Of a stretch of 64,000 nt of DNA, positions 1 through 11,614 are shown piece by piece. Under the pieces are notes generated by a model. The model made no database searches and was not told where the DNA came from. It saw only the letters and a list, made by a program, of their open reading frames with translations. How positions within the stretch are numbered: position 1 is the stretch's first letter; the number at the start of each line of letters is the position of its first letter. Both the position numbers and the translations under genes were made by a program. The stretch is from Botryllus schlosseri (Eukaryota): contig CM119371.1 of assembly GCA_051294905.1 (NCBI GenBank), positions 4,280,001 to 4,344,000 on the forward strand, in the 5' to 3' direction.

Positions 1-103
1 CAAACAGGTGGTCGGTAGTTGTTGAGGTATGTAGCCTCGTGAAATGTGGGTTGACACAACTTGCTTTGTGGTAGGTCATTGAGATGGATCGATAGTTAAC
101 ATG
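1..103 (-). pseudogene. PLK1: PLK1-like e6 (kinase C-terminal end), cut by window edge
   Basis: cacag|c then MLTIDPSQ*PTTKQVVSTHISRGYIPQQLPTTCL, cf. PLK1 MLQTDPTARPT...SGYIPARLPITCL. Confidence 0.85.
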
Positions 104-126
104 CTGTGGACAAAATCATGTTGGGT

Positions 127-867
127 CAGTGTATGGTGCGTGTCACTACCAAAGAGTCACCAATCATTACAGATTTTGACTCGAGTCAAGTTGAGTCACT
201 TAATTTTTGAATGTGACTTGAGTCAAATCAAGTCACTAACATCGAGTCTCAAGTCATATCGAGTCTTACAGGTCTTCGAGTCAAGTCAATGTCGTCGAAT
301 TTGGGAAAGTGAGTAAATTAAATTCGAGCCATTAGATTTTTTCGGTTTTACTCTAGTCAAGTCAATCGACTCACTCGTCAGATCGAGCTATTACACATTT
401 TGACTTGAATCGAGCCAAGTAAACTTACGACTCGGGGTTACTCAATATATGAAGTAACTCGATTCAAGTCACTCGATTTTTAAACATGACTCAATTCCAG
501 TCACATCAGTCAAAATCAAGCGACTCAAAATTTTTAAGGTGGCTCTCGAGTGAATGTGAAAGCTGTGAAAATCAAGTCACTCGAAATTAGAAGTGACTCA
601 AAACAATTCAAGTCACTTGAACAGTTGACACTACTTCCACAAGTTGTTACGATAAAGATTACTTCTATGTGATAGTTATCAGTCACTAGAAAAAACTATG
701 CATAGAGAAGGCCTACATATTTTTCTACTTACTTGGAGACCACTACTTGTATTTGTAGGGTACACGAGTAAAAATTTACGACTCAACTTCTTCTTGAGTA
801 CCAACGTTAACTATTGTGACCACCTTCTAGTTTGATTCGAGACACGACTCCAGCCATCCCAACACTG
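127..867. mobile_element. Decayed MITE-like repeat rich in GACTCGAGTC/GAGTCAAGTC motifs
   Basis: Right end CATCCCAACACTG matches the ends of 23488-25480 and 46661-47603; inverted homolog at about 48790-49545. Confidence 0.6.
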
Positions 868-926
868 CAGTACATACAGGAATATATGAAAAAAAAATTC
901 AAATCGGAGTCTCAGATATAACATAC

Positions 927-1056
927 CCTTTTATAAGATCGCAAGTTGCAGATGATACATTATGCGGAGAAATGTATTCATTTCTTCTCCATTTTCAAGA
1001 AGGTTTGCTGCAACGTCTCACCTTTAAACGGTCGCTGGTTGGCCAACAATCGTTAC
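927..1056 (-). pseudogene. PLK1: PLK1-like e5
   Basis: ag|...LLANQRPFKGETLQQTFLKMEK/NEYISPHNVSSATCDLIK|gt with frameshifts, cf. [30 protein letters not shown]. Confidence 0.8.
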
Positions 1057-1345
1057 CTACAATAAATAAAATAATGTATCAAGTATGTATCAAAACTGAA
1101 TCAAGTATTCATTCTAATGATTTGATGTGACTGGTGTAGTGAGAGATGGATTTTTCCAGTCCTGAAATTATGCGATCCTTGCCACGAAGAGTAAATTGAT
1201 CAATCAGAATTATATTTCTGATATTATTTAACACTATTATTGTACAGCAATAGATTCTCCAGCTTCTAATACAAATTTTACATTTAGTTACAAACGTTTA
1301 CTTGTACTTGTGTTCGAGAGTTCACGCTGGCTACTTTGACTAGAT

Positions 1346-2052
1346 CAGGGCCGGCCAACCCGTGGCCCGCGGGAAGGTTTTGAGTGGCCCGCGAGGTAAT
1401 TTCCGAAATTTCTAATATCATCAAAAATGGATTTCACAGATTTGTAGCTTGCAAGGCCAACCAAAAATTTGATTAGTCCGGCCGCAATACTTGAGATGTA
1501 ATGACTAAAATATCAGTTCCGACGCATTGACAGATCCATCAGTCATTCACATATTGGTACATCTTCGTACACTACAATAGAGCAGAATAATTTGCGATAG
1601 ATTTATCAAAGGTAAAAATTTTCTACAAGCTCAGCGCAATATGCTGTCACTCGATTTTTTTGTTTTTAATATTGTTGCCCTTTTGTGAAAATGGAAGAAC
1701 ACCTAATGTATCAGATTGAGTCTAACTATATTCGCGATTACGAGACAAAGTGTCGTTCAACATATGCGACCGTGCATTTGCGCTCGCAGTAAGACCGTCC
1801 ACCGTGAAACCTAGGAACGAAGTGATTGACCCATGTTGGTCACAGCTTTCGATATCGATATGACCAAGCGCCGAATAGTCCAGTCCTCGCAAACCTAGCC
1901 CAGCGATATACAGCAGGCCCACAATATAGTAAAGTGACAATATTATTGATCTATGAACTTCAAAATATTTTCGCGCTTCGCGCGGATAGTCGCCCGCGCA
2001 AAAGTTCGTCAATCGAATGTGGCCCTTTGGCCGAAAAGGTTTGCCAGCCCTG
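1346..2052. mobile_element. Non-autonomous hAT (Buster/Charlie-like) element
   Basis: TIRs CAGGGCCGGCCAACC / GGTTTGCCAGCCCTG; perfect 8-bp TSD GACTAGAT. Confidence 0.9.
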
Positions 2053-2134
2053 GACTAGATCCTGTATTTGTCGATTAGATAACAAGCTCCCCCTATGTCA
2101 GTACTGTGTAGATGTCCAAATAAATATATCATAC

Positions 2135-2226
2135 CAAGATTTCCATTCCAAATCCTGCTTTCTCCGTCAGATCTACCCATTTGCTATTCCAAAGCATCAA
2201 TGCCGCGGGCGTATCTTCTCCCTCAT
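2135..2226 (-). pseudogene. PLK1: PLK1-like e8 (polo-cap and start of polo-box 1)
   Basis: cag|(D)EGEDTPAALMLWNSKWVDLTEKAGFG..|gtatg, cf. [27 protein letters not shown]. Confidence 0.8.
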
Positions 2227-2617
2227 CTGTTGAATTATAAGGAGTTTGATATACAGAAATGTAACACTTGACTGGTGCTATCAAGATTTTAGTCACTGCA
2301 ACATACTTCACAATTTAGATCTATGACATCTACTGATCTCGATACACAAATGGGATTCCTAATCACTTTGAATCAAAAAATCACTTTTAGAATTTCAGAG
2401 TAGAATGAATGTGACATCCGCCAGATCAAAATCAATGTCATTTTACAAACTAGATTCAGACAGAGAATCTATGTAGTCGTCAGAGTTCCCCAGACAAGCA
2501 TGAATTGATTTGAGCCATTGCTAGATTCGAATTTTAAAATATTAAATATAGCCTAAATTGCAAAGAGGAAGTCTATTTAGAATAAAACCACTTGGTGTTC
2601 CTCAAATGACAACGCAC

Positions 2618-2775
2618 CCTTCTGTATAGTTGACTTCAACGTTTGATTGTCATCGATCAACTTCCTGAGCTGAGCCTCAAGTTCTGCTGTATGGAGGTCT
2701 GGTGATTGGCACTGCATATGCTGGTCGCCTCTGGCTTGTCACCGAGAGGTTTCTGTCCGTCTGTATTAGCGGCAC
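2618..2775 (-). pseudogene. PLK1: PLK1-like e7 (interdomain linker)
   Basis: tttacag|...PDLHTAELEAQLRKLIDDNQTLKSTIQK|gt, immediately upstream of e8; cf. [20 protein letters not shown]. Confidence 0.6.
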
Positions 2776-3095
2776 CTGTAAAGAAAACAAGAATAAGCCG
2801 ATGCAACTATTTGATAATAGGACTGTGTTTGCGAAAATGAAAAATTTATTTCACTTTACATAAAAGGTTAAACTTTGGCTTTATTAGTGAAAGATGCTAG
2901 TTACCCGTTTTATCGATGTCAGTCCGGGCTGTAACCAAACCACAAAATTCTGAGTAACGAGTCAATCTTTCTTCTATGGTTTTGATTCCAATCATATTCA
3001 CTTCACAAACATGTCAAGTCCAAGTCAACGTGCAAACGGTCAAGTTCGAATCACAGTGTGGAGACTAGAATCCGACCCCGAGTCAAGGTGTTTAT

Positions 3096-4027
3096 TAGGG
3101 ATGGTGTGAACCTCTGAAAGGTTCGGGTTCCTGTGAACGCGAACCTTTTTGAAAGGTTCTGTGTGAACGCGAACGTGAACCTCGTGACGTCATATTGCTA
3201 ATTCCAACCCTACATTTCAGTGAAGTGATAGCCTTGCAATACCTAGCGACGATTCGGGCCACATAATGCCACAATGCTGAAATACCTATTGGTGTTTTAA
3301 ACGTCTACAGATGTATCAACTGGGGCAATCAATTGATATAATCATCCCAGAAAATCAATATCTTGCGTCGCTTTGCCACAATTCCGACGAGAGCTTGCAA
3401 GGGAATATAAGGTTACGCCTTAACGGTCAAGGTCAGGCCTGACAATGTATTTGGCGTTCCTAGTATTGCTACGTTGATATTGAGCAGAGTGTAAAACGGG
3501 TTTCCCTACTTGCTACCGATGTTACCCCTCTAACAAGTTATACAGCAGTAGCCATCACCCCAATCCACGGAGTTTGTTTTTATGATACATCAGACAACGA
3601 TATAATTTCATTGATTGGTTGGACAAGAGTCATTCGCTGACAACCTACATGTAGTGTTTCGCTCTTGATGTTGTGGGGTTGTGGATCAGGCTCACAGCAG
3701 AGATGAGTCACTAAATATTCGCAAACGGAAAGCTGGATATTTCGAGCAAACAATTGTAACAAAGCAAGTAAAATGTTTGAGATTTTAAAGGTGCATGCTC
3801 GTTTAGTGTTGATTTCTATGCTGCCAGCGTCATGCATATACCAGGCCCGTAGTTGAAATGCAATAAATTTCAACCAAAGATGCTACAATGAAGTGAAAAT
3901 TGTAATATATGAAAAAGGTTCACAGTGCAGAACCTACCAAGGTTCGTTTGTGAACGCGAACCTCTAAATATCTGAGGTTATTCACACACAGAACGCGAAC
4001 GTGAACCTCGCGTTCACACCATCCCTA
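3096..4027. mobile_element. Non-autonomous hAT (Ac-like) element
   Basis: TIR TAGGGATGGTGTGAAC at both ends, subterminal GTGAAC/GAACCT motifs, perfect TSD GTGTTTAT. Confidence 0.9.
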
Positions 4028-4723
4028 GTGTTTATTACCACTGCGCACTCTTGCGCTTGAGTCATATTCGACTCATTTTTACCAACTGTGGTCGAGTAAA
4101 AGGAACCACTAGGATTCGTAATAGACGGTAATGATTTTATCCTATCGTGGCGAGGAGCGTATAAGTTCATTATGGTACTAAATAAATCATATCTCAACTC
4201 AAATCAATAAAATCATTACTCATTTCGATTTGAGTACACAAATCATCGTGCCAAGCCTGAGTTTCGCAACAGCGAAATTTTCAAGTTTTCCAAACTAACT
4301 TGAAGCTATAGCAACAGAATTTTTCCAAATTAGATTAGAATAACTTGATTCGTGAATGTAACACAACAAAAATCAAGTTCTCTTCCTATCAATTCTGAAG
4401 CCATTCTAATAAGAGAGAGAATGGCAAATATCTGTACAACAAGCAAGCAAGCTAGCTAGCTGGTTTTGTGCTATACGGTTCTTCTGTAGCATTTTCAAGG
4501 AAAGCAAAAATTACATCAGAATTGAAATGAGATTACAGAATCATTTGAGTGTTTACTAATTAGATTCGAATTAGATTGCCTGCATTCCGCTTTAATTAGA
4601 CAAAAAGAATTATCTAGTTGTCCAAGTCTGCTAGTAATGAACGTTACAGAACTGATGCAATTGCGACCGCCATATTATAGCGGTCATTATAGCATTATAG
4701 CTGTAACGAGGAAATGTTTTTAC

Positions 4724-4862
4724 CCTTCTTTTACACAATTCAAGAACGATGCAGACAAAATCCATTTCTTGGAAAAATCCGTGAAAACCAACTACATGTT
4801 TGTGACTCAAACTGCAATGGAGACTGATCTCTGGACTCATTTGTCTTTCTCATGATCAGTGC
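4724..4862 (-). pseudogene. PLK1: PLK1-like e2 copy
   Basis: [39 protein letters not shown]|gt; 5' deletion. Confidence 0.9.
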
Positions 4863-5269
4863 CTGAAATTCAGTCTTGTACAAATAACCAATCTATTTAG
4901 TTGACGGTCAAATAACGAATGTTTTTGAGTATTGGTACTTCTAGATCTAGATGAGGATTTCAAAAAGTGAGTCGTTCTAGTTCTTGTTATTAGTTTATGT
5001 TAACAAAGCTGTTCAAATAACTGCTCAGAAGGTTTGGAAATGTGTATTGAACTAGGTGCCAAGTTGCCAGATTATTTCAATATCTGTTGAATATATGAGG
5101 GCATCGGTTGAGGTGGTGCTTATCGGTATTGGTAAAATATTATATTGGCCGAGATCTAGCTATCACTCGACTCGAAGCGAAATACTCGATTCAGAATCGA
5201 ATCAATCACGAAACTCGATTTTACACAGCCCTATGAAAGATTTTACTATTCAAACTATGTAGTGCACCC

Positions 5270-5383
5270 CCATGTTGTATATGGCTTTCCGTGGTCGAGT
5301 CGGTTGTGGGCAGTTTCCGTGAAACGGGGCCGTTGAAGAACTCGCTCGCCCACACTTCTTTACAGAGGGTCGTTGCCAGCATT
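5270..5383 (-). pseudogene. PLK1: PLK1-like e6 copy (variant A)
   Basis: tag|a MLATT..KEVWASEFFNGPVSRKLPTT, homologous to 42811-42925; 3' boundary approximate. Confidence 0.7.
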
Positions 5384-6059
5384 CTAGCGAGAAAATCTCT
5401 AATATTGATCAAATCACAGATAGTTACTCACATTTTCAAACATTGTTTGAGAATCAGGATTTGTGGGTTAAAACTATAATAGCTTTGCATTTGAAATAGT
5501 AAACTATTTCCATATTTGGATAGGAAGAGGTCCACGTAGCAGGGTAGGCTTATTTGCAGACTTACACAACAAGCAAATGTTCAGTTTTTCCATATTTAAC
5601 AAGAATTAGCATTACAGAACAAATATTATAGCATAATTGTAATACCAGTATCCACACAGTTATTTTCAGATGAGATAAAAATTAGAAGTTATCTACACAT
5701 TTTCTCGTATTAGATTAGAGTTAGGATGATAGCTACACTTATTTTTCCAAATTAGATTATATTAACAACTGTTTCCGTGAAATCTTGGGACATCGAATGA
5801 AGCTCAGTTCATATCATATCAAAGTTCATTCTCCTGAGCACAAGAATGCAGTAAGCTAGACTCGTTTCTCACTATACAGTTCTTCTGTAGGAATTTCAGG
5901 AAAACCAAATAAGACTAGAATCAGATTACAGGCATTCACTGTAATTAGTTTAATTAGACAACTAGAATTATGTAGTTGTCCAAGTCTGACTTGAGTGCTG
6001 TCAATCAATCGTTACTGACCACCTCTGATCAAATACAATGCGCTACTGTAAACTGTAAC

Positions 6060-6185
6060 TTTATTATCTCTGTGAATGATGTTACCATCGTGAAGATAAA
6101 CAACTCCATGCAGAATCTGTTGCGTGCAATAACCAATCTCTGGTTCTGTGATGGCGCGCCTTCTTTTGTAAACTTCCCTCAGAGA
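6060..6185 (-). pseudogene. PLK1: PLK1-like e3 copy
   Basis: SLREVYKRRRAITEPEIGYCTQQILHGVVYLHDGNIIHRDNK; 126 nt, acceptor AG mutated. Confidence 0.9.
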
Positions 6186-7264
6186 CCCGACTAGAAAAAT
6201 TAAGGCTAATTGTATTGACACGGATGAGAACAACAGTATCATCTGTTGGGAACATCTGAATAGCTAGCGGGCTGGCAGAATTCGACAACATATTTTTGGA
6301 ACCAATGAACCTTCCAAATTAAAAAACCTCATTTCATGATATATTTTTGATATTTGACTTGTCATACACGGGGCTGGGTAATATTGACTGTCTGACTGAT
6401 TTGAAACTGACACGAGTATTAAGCTCAAGTCGAGTATGATGCTAGCCCTACATCACATTTATAGAATTTGTAAATTTTCTACCATACTCTTTCATTGCAC
6501 TTTGTGACAACGCTGTGGGTTGATCGCGACTTCAGAAATATGTCGTTTTCAGTAACACTGCACTTTCATACTAGATATTTCTTAAGCTGTGATATGATCA
6601 ATCGAGGATTACAGCCTTCCACAGTGGAAAACACTTCCAAAAGTATAATTCTCATTAATAAATGAATTCTTTGTTGCTTGATACTCATATGGCAACGAAT
6701 GGATAAGTTCAGTACTCGTTTCACTACTCGACTCATTGTGACCACTGTGGCCAGCACTAGTGATCAAAGTTGTGTAATTAGAAAATTTGCCCTTTTTCAA
6801 AACTAGATTAGAATTAGAGTGATTGATATTTTTATTTTTCAAATTTGATCAGAATTATATTGATAGCTACACATGTCTTTCCACATCAGATTAGAATTGT
6901 AATTTCTTATTTCATCAAAGAAATTGTACAAAATCAAGTGTCAGTTCTTATCAACACCCGGTTTATTCTCATAAGCACGACAATGGCAAATGTCTGTGCA
7001 CAAAGCTGGCCAATTTGTACGATACAGGTGTCCTGTAGCAGTTTTAGGAACACAAGAAATTACATTTAAATTAAACTGTGGACCTAAATGCATTGACAAA
7101 TCAGATTAAAACTTCAACAACATGGGTATTTGGATCTAATTAGGTTAATTAGACAGGAATTATCTAGTTTTGCAATCGTGCTGGTATCGATCACTACAGA
7201 GCTGATGCAATTGCGACTGCCACACTTTGAGAGACATTACAGTTGTAACGAGGAAATGTTTTAC

Positions 7265-7397
7265 ACTTCTTTTGCACAACTAGAGAACAATGTGGACAAA
7301 ATCCTCGTCTTCGAAAAATCCGTGAAATTAAACGACTAGCTTGTGATTCAAACTACGATGGAGACTAATCTAGTTTTGTCTTTATGATGATCATTTC
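7265..7397 (-). pseudogene. PLK1: PLK1-like e2 copy
   Basis: ..FHGFFEDEDFVHIVL*LCKRS|gt; frameshifts and a stop. Confidence 0.85.
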
Positions 7398-8169
7398 CTA
7401 AAATTGAGACTCGTACAAATAATCAATCTAGTTACTCAGTACGTCTTTCTCCGAGTAGTTTTACTTCTTATTGTGGACTTGGAAAAGTGGGTAGTTGTAC
7501 ATTTTGGAAAGTGAGTAGTTCTATAGTTCCTCAGCTCGGTTTATAAATCCAGTATGTTATCATACCGACCAACAACGTAATAGCTAGGGTAATTTAAAAA
7601 ATGCACCGAATTATCAAGTGAGAAGCTTGTGGCTAGGACTAGACACAGTGATTCGGATATTGGGATCTCAGTTGAGCATCGATTTTAATGATGAGTGTCG
7701 AGGAATAAGAGATGATATCTTAAGTTTTGAAATGATACGCTCCTGGCCACTAAGATGGAATCTATCAATGTGAATTATAGTTTTGACATGTTTTTCCACT
7801 GTGGAAGTCATGAAATATGGATTGATCATATCGCATCATACGAGATACGTAGTACAAAACTACACACACTACTGGAAATGACATATATCGGAAGGAATCG
7901 ACCCTCCACATTGTCACAAAGTGCAATGAAATTGGCACGCCGCAGAAAATACAAAATTATCTTTAATATGATGTACAACTGGCGTTATATTATTTGTGGT
8001 TGCATAAAAGGTACATATTAGAATTTTACGATTCAATCATAATGTTGTTGATGTTGTAATGGAAGCTACTCAAATACTCGACTCGATTCAGAGTCCGATT
8101 ACTCAGGTGCGGGATATTTTACAGGTCCACACCTAAGACCCATACAATCCGGTGTTGCATCGTACTCAC

Positions 8170-8345
8170 ATAACACAACCCATGGACCCAGTGTCCACTT
8201 TAAAACTGTGTCTTCCCTAGATCTTCCGAGGCAATACCGTTGAATGTGCGGCAAAAGGCGTCATTTGTTTGGATGTCAAAGTATACTTATGTAGCTAGGC
8301 CAAATCTCCAATCTTCATGTTGCTGTTCAGGAATCGATTCTTCAT
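8170..8345 (-). pseudogene. PLK1: PLK1-like e4 copy (degraded)
   Basis: FLNSNMKIGD/FGLAT..HSFKVDTGSMGCV|gtgagt; frameshifted. Confidence 0.85.
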
Positions 8346-8730
8346 CTGTCAATACAAATTTCACGTTTAGTTACACAAGCATCCATACTTGTACAAATTA
8401 CCAATCTAGTTGGTTGATGGCTAACAAAAGAGTGATTTTTTAGTAGCTGTAGTTGCGGATTTGAAAGGTTCAGTTGTCGGACAACTAGAAAACACGTTTC
8501 GTGTGAATCGTGATACCGTTTTTCTGTTGTGTTATGTTCTTATTTCTTAGTTCATTGTAATTCAGTAAGTCATGTGTTAGTTAAGTAGTTAGTTGTGGAT
8601 TCGTAATGGTCGTTAGTTCTTGTTCTAGTTGAAAATTCTGCAAAGTGAGCAAGTCCCGTTTTACTACTAGTAGCATATTAAAAAGTCCCGTAGTTTGTAC
8701 AAGTACGTTACCACTGCAACAAAATGTCAC

Positions 8731-8850
8731 CTTGATATCCGTGTGAATGATCTTACCAGTATTAATATTACCGACTCCAAGCAGAATCTGTTGCATGTAA
8801 TAACGACTCTCCGTGATGACACGCCTTCTTTTCTGAAGTTCCATCAGCGA
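8731..8850 (-). pseudogene. PLK1: PLK1-like e3 copy
   Basis: cag|SLMELQKRRRVITESRYYMQQILLGVGNINTGKIIHTDIK|gt. Confidence 0.9.
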
Positions 8851-9076
8851 CTGACAACAACAATCAAAGCTAATTGGATTGCCCTAATGAAATCACCAAT
8901 ATTATTTGTTGGGCACATCTAAATCAGTGCTTCTCAACCTGTTTGAACTGGCGGGCTGGTCAAATACGACGACTAATTTTGCATAACGATGAACCTTCTA
9001 ATTAGAAATTACATTAAATGATGCCATTTTGCTAATAGCACCCAAGCACCCGAATGATTCGATTATTAGTCTAGAG

Positions 9077-10259
9077 CAGTGGTTCTTAACCTTGCCCCCA
9101 GCGCCCCCCAGGGGGCGCTGGCGATGTTGAAGGGGGGCGGAAACGCTCAGGGGGCGATATGGGGGGCGCTGGGCTAAGGGGGGCGGTATGGGGGGCGCTG
9201 GAGAAAAATGGCTTCGCAGTAGATGATGTGGTGATAGGACATATCCTTAATGAGTATTCAGAGCAAATTATCACCGAAAACTTCGTTACATATAGCCTTC
9301 AAAATACATATATGTTTAATTGTCCATGGGCGCCTAAATGACTGACACCGAATGTTCCTGTCTTGGCAATCTGAACCCCAGAAGACGAATTCCATCTGGC
9401 AGGGAAAAATTATATGTCAGTGAAGAAATACCAATCTGAAATCGTGTGCGTCTTTTAGTTTAGTACGATTGGGCGACAGGGATATTCCTGTTGGGCGATA
9501 TCCCCGTTGAGCGATTCTATATTTTTTGATATTGCAGACAGGGGGTCACGAAATAACATCATGCAACGAAGTCATACCAACGGGTTCGCCCGCCCGAATA
9601 TGTTGAATTATTAGTAACGGGCCCTACAGTTTCCAAGAAACCTCACAATGTTCGCTTCAAGTTTTGATGAGTCTGCGCACACTCAACAACTCACTGCGCT
9701 GACCCCTGGACAACAGTGCGTATCGACTAAAAAAAGGGAATAACTTCGGATTTGTTGTGCGCAACGTAGATTTTCTGTGCGCAGAAACCCAGGACTAACG
9801 TCTTTTGTTGGGGGGGGGGCTGACGAAGTGCTGTTACGGCCCTGGTAACGAATAATTGTACCTGCGGGCACGCCCGAATATGTTTAATTATCAATTACGT
9901 GCCATTTATCTTCCTATACAACAGCTCACTCAGTTTATCGCGACTTATATATGTAATTACCACCTATTCATTCATGCATTATAGCAAATTTTGGTACCTA
10001 GGGTGACCAGGCCACAGAAACTTTGCTGACCATCGAAATCACGATAGGGGGTTCATGGGGGCGAGGCCCTCAGAAGTTCGGTTTATCACGCTATGGGTGC
10101 GCTAGGCAATCGTTTTTAGGGGGTTGACGAAGTGCTGTTACGGCCCCCCCTCTTACTCATCGTTTTTATTACATTCCTTACATTATGAAGTTTGGGGGGC
10201 GCTGGAGCACGATAATTTTTGAAAGGGGGCGCTGGAGGAAAAAAGGTTAAGAACCACTG
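9077..10259. mobile_element. Non-autonomous hAT (Buster/Charlie-like) element
   Basis: TIR CAGTGGTTCTTAACCTT, perfect TSD GTCTAGAG; longer copy at 43093-45357. Confidence 0.9.
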
Positions 10260-11074
10260 GTCTAGAGTATCACTCATTATGGCATGACACCAGTGTGGAA
10301 GATGTGGAATCTTAAAATATGTACCTTTTTGCGGCCACTACGAGATTTATTTTTTCGATGCTATTTTCACTGTAGAAGGATGTAAGCATCAATGACATAT
10401 CTGGGAATCGTGAGCAACCCACAGCATTGTCACAAAGTATAATGAAATAGGAGTGGTCGAAAAAATACAAAATTATCTCGGTTGTGATATAGAACTGGCA
10501 TTACGTTTGTGCGATAGATTAGTACAACTTCCCGTATCTCTCGTCCTGCTATGACGGCGTTATCGATGATACTAGATTACTCGGCTCGAAGTCTAATACT
10601 TAATCCAGAATTGAGTCACTCAGATACTTGATTTGCCCTGCCATCATAGTACCATAGCATAGATTTATAAAAATTTCACCGTTGAAATTTGCCTCCAGTT
10701 GTAATTGAGTCATTGCATATTTGGAATCTAGTCAAGTTACTCGATTTTTTCAGGCAAGTCCAAGTCACTTGATTTTTGAAGGTGACTCGAGTCAATTTAA
10801 GTCATTCGTTATTTGAAGAAGACTTGAGTCAGGTAACGTCACTCAGTTTTTGAAGGTGACTCAAGTTAAGTCAAGACACTTGAAAAGTTGACTAGTTGTC
10901 ATCAAAACACTGCAGAGCACATTAGAAAAAAATCAAAATATCAACTCCAAGTCTCAGATATAACATACCTTTTGTTAAGATCGCATAGTAAGAGTCCACT
11001 AAGAGTTGAGTCAGCAATGAGAATTATAGTTTGATTAATACTTTCCACTGAGAAAGGCTGTAAATCATACTTAC

Positions 11075-11262
11075 AAAATATATCCCAGTGACCAGGTTTC
11101 CGTTTCGAAACTGTGTCCATTCTTGCCGAGAACTTCCGGGGCAATATAGTTGGGTGTGGCGCAAAAAGTGTTCTTTGTTCGGCTGTCAAAGTCGACTTTG
11201 GTAGCTAGGCTGAAACCTCCTATCTTCAACTCCATGTTATTGTTCCGGAAGAGGTCGTCCAG
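11075..11262 (-). pseudogene. PLK1: PLK1-like e4 copy (open frame); a 3' remnant of e5 follows at about 10969-10985
   Basis: cag|[62 protein letters not shown]|gtaagt; DFG mutated to GFS. Confidence 0.9.
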
Positions 11263-11614
11263 CTGCAAAGACGAATCCAGTTACAACTATATAGACTTGT
11301 ACAAACTGCTAATGTAGTTGCTTGTAGTTAACTAACTATTGGTTTTGTGAGTAGTTCTAGTTCTAGATGCGCATTTAAAAAAAAAAGTTTACAAACAACT
11401 AGTCGACACATATCTTGCTGCCGGTGTTCTGTTGTGTGATGTTCTTGCAGCCATTGCTAGGTCAGAATCATCAGCACTAAAAGAAGCGTAGCCATGGAGA
11501 AGGTTTTGGGGTCGAAACCCCTCTCATTTAAAATTAGAAACCCCGTCCTTTTGAAGAGCTGATGCTATCTCTGATATTTGTTGGCCCGTTCGCAATTCAG
11601 TTATTCGTCTAATC

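Noticed and set aside
150..620. CRISPR-like array from recurring GAGTCAAGTC motifs (also 36366-37975 and 49000-49540)
   Set aside because: Eukaryotic context, irregular spacing and no unique spacers; these are MITE subterminal motifs or a minisatellite
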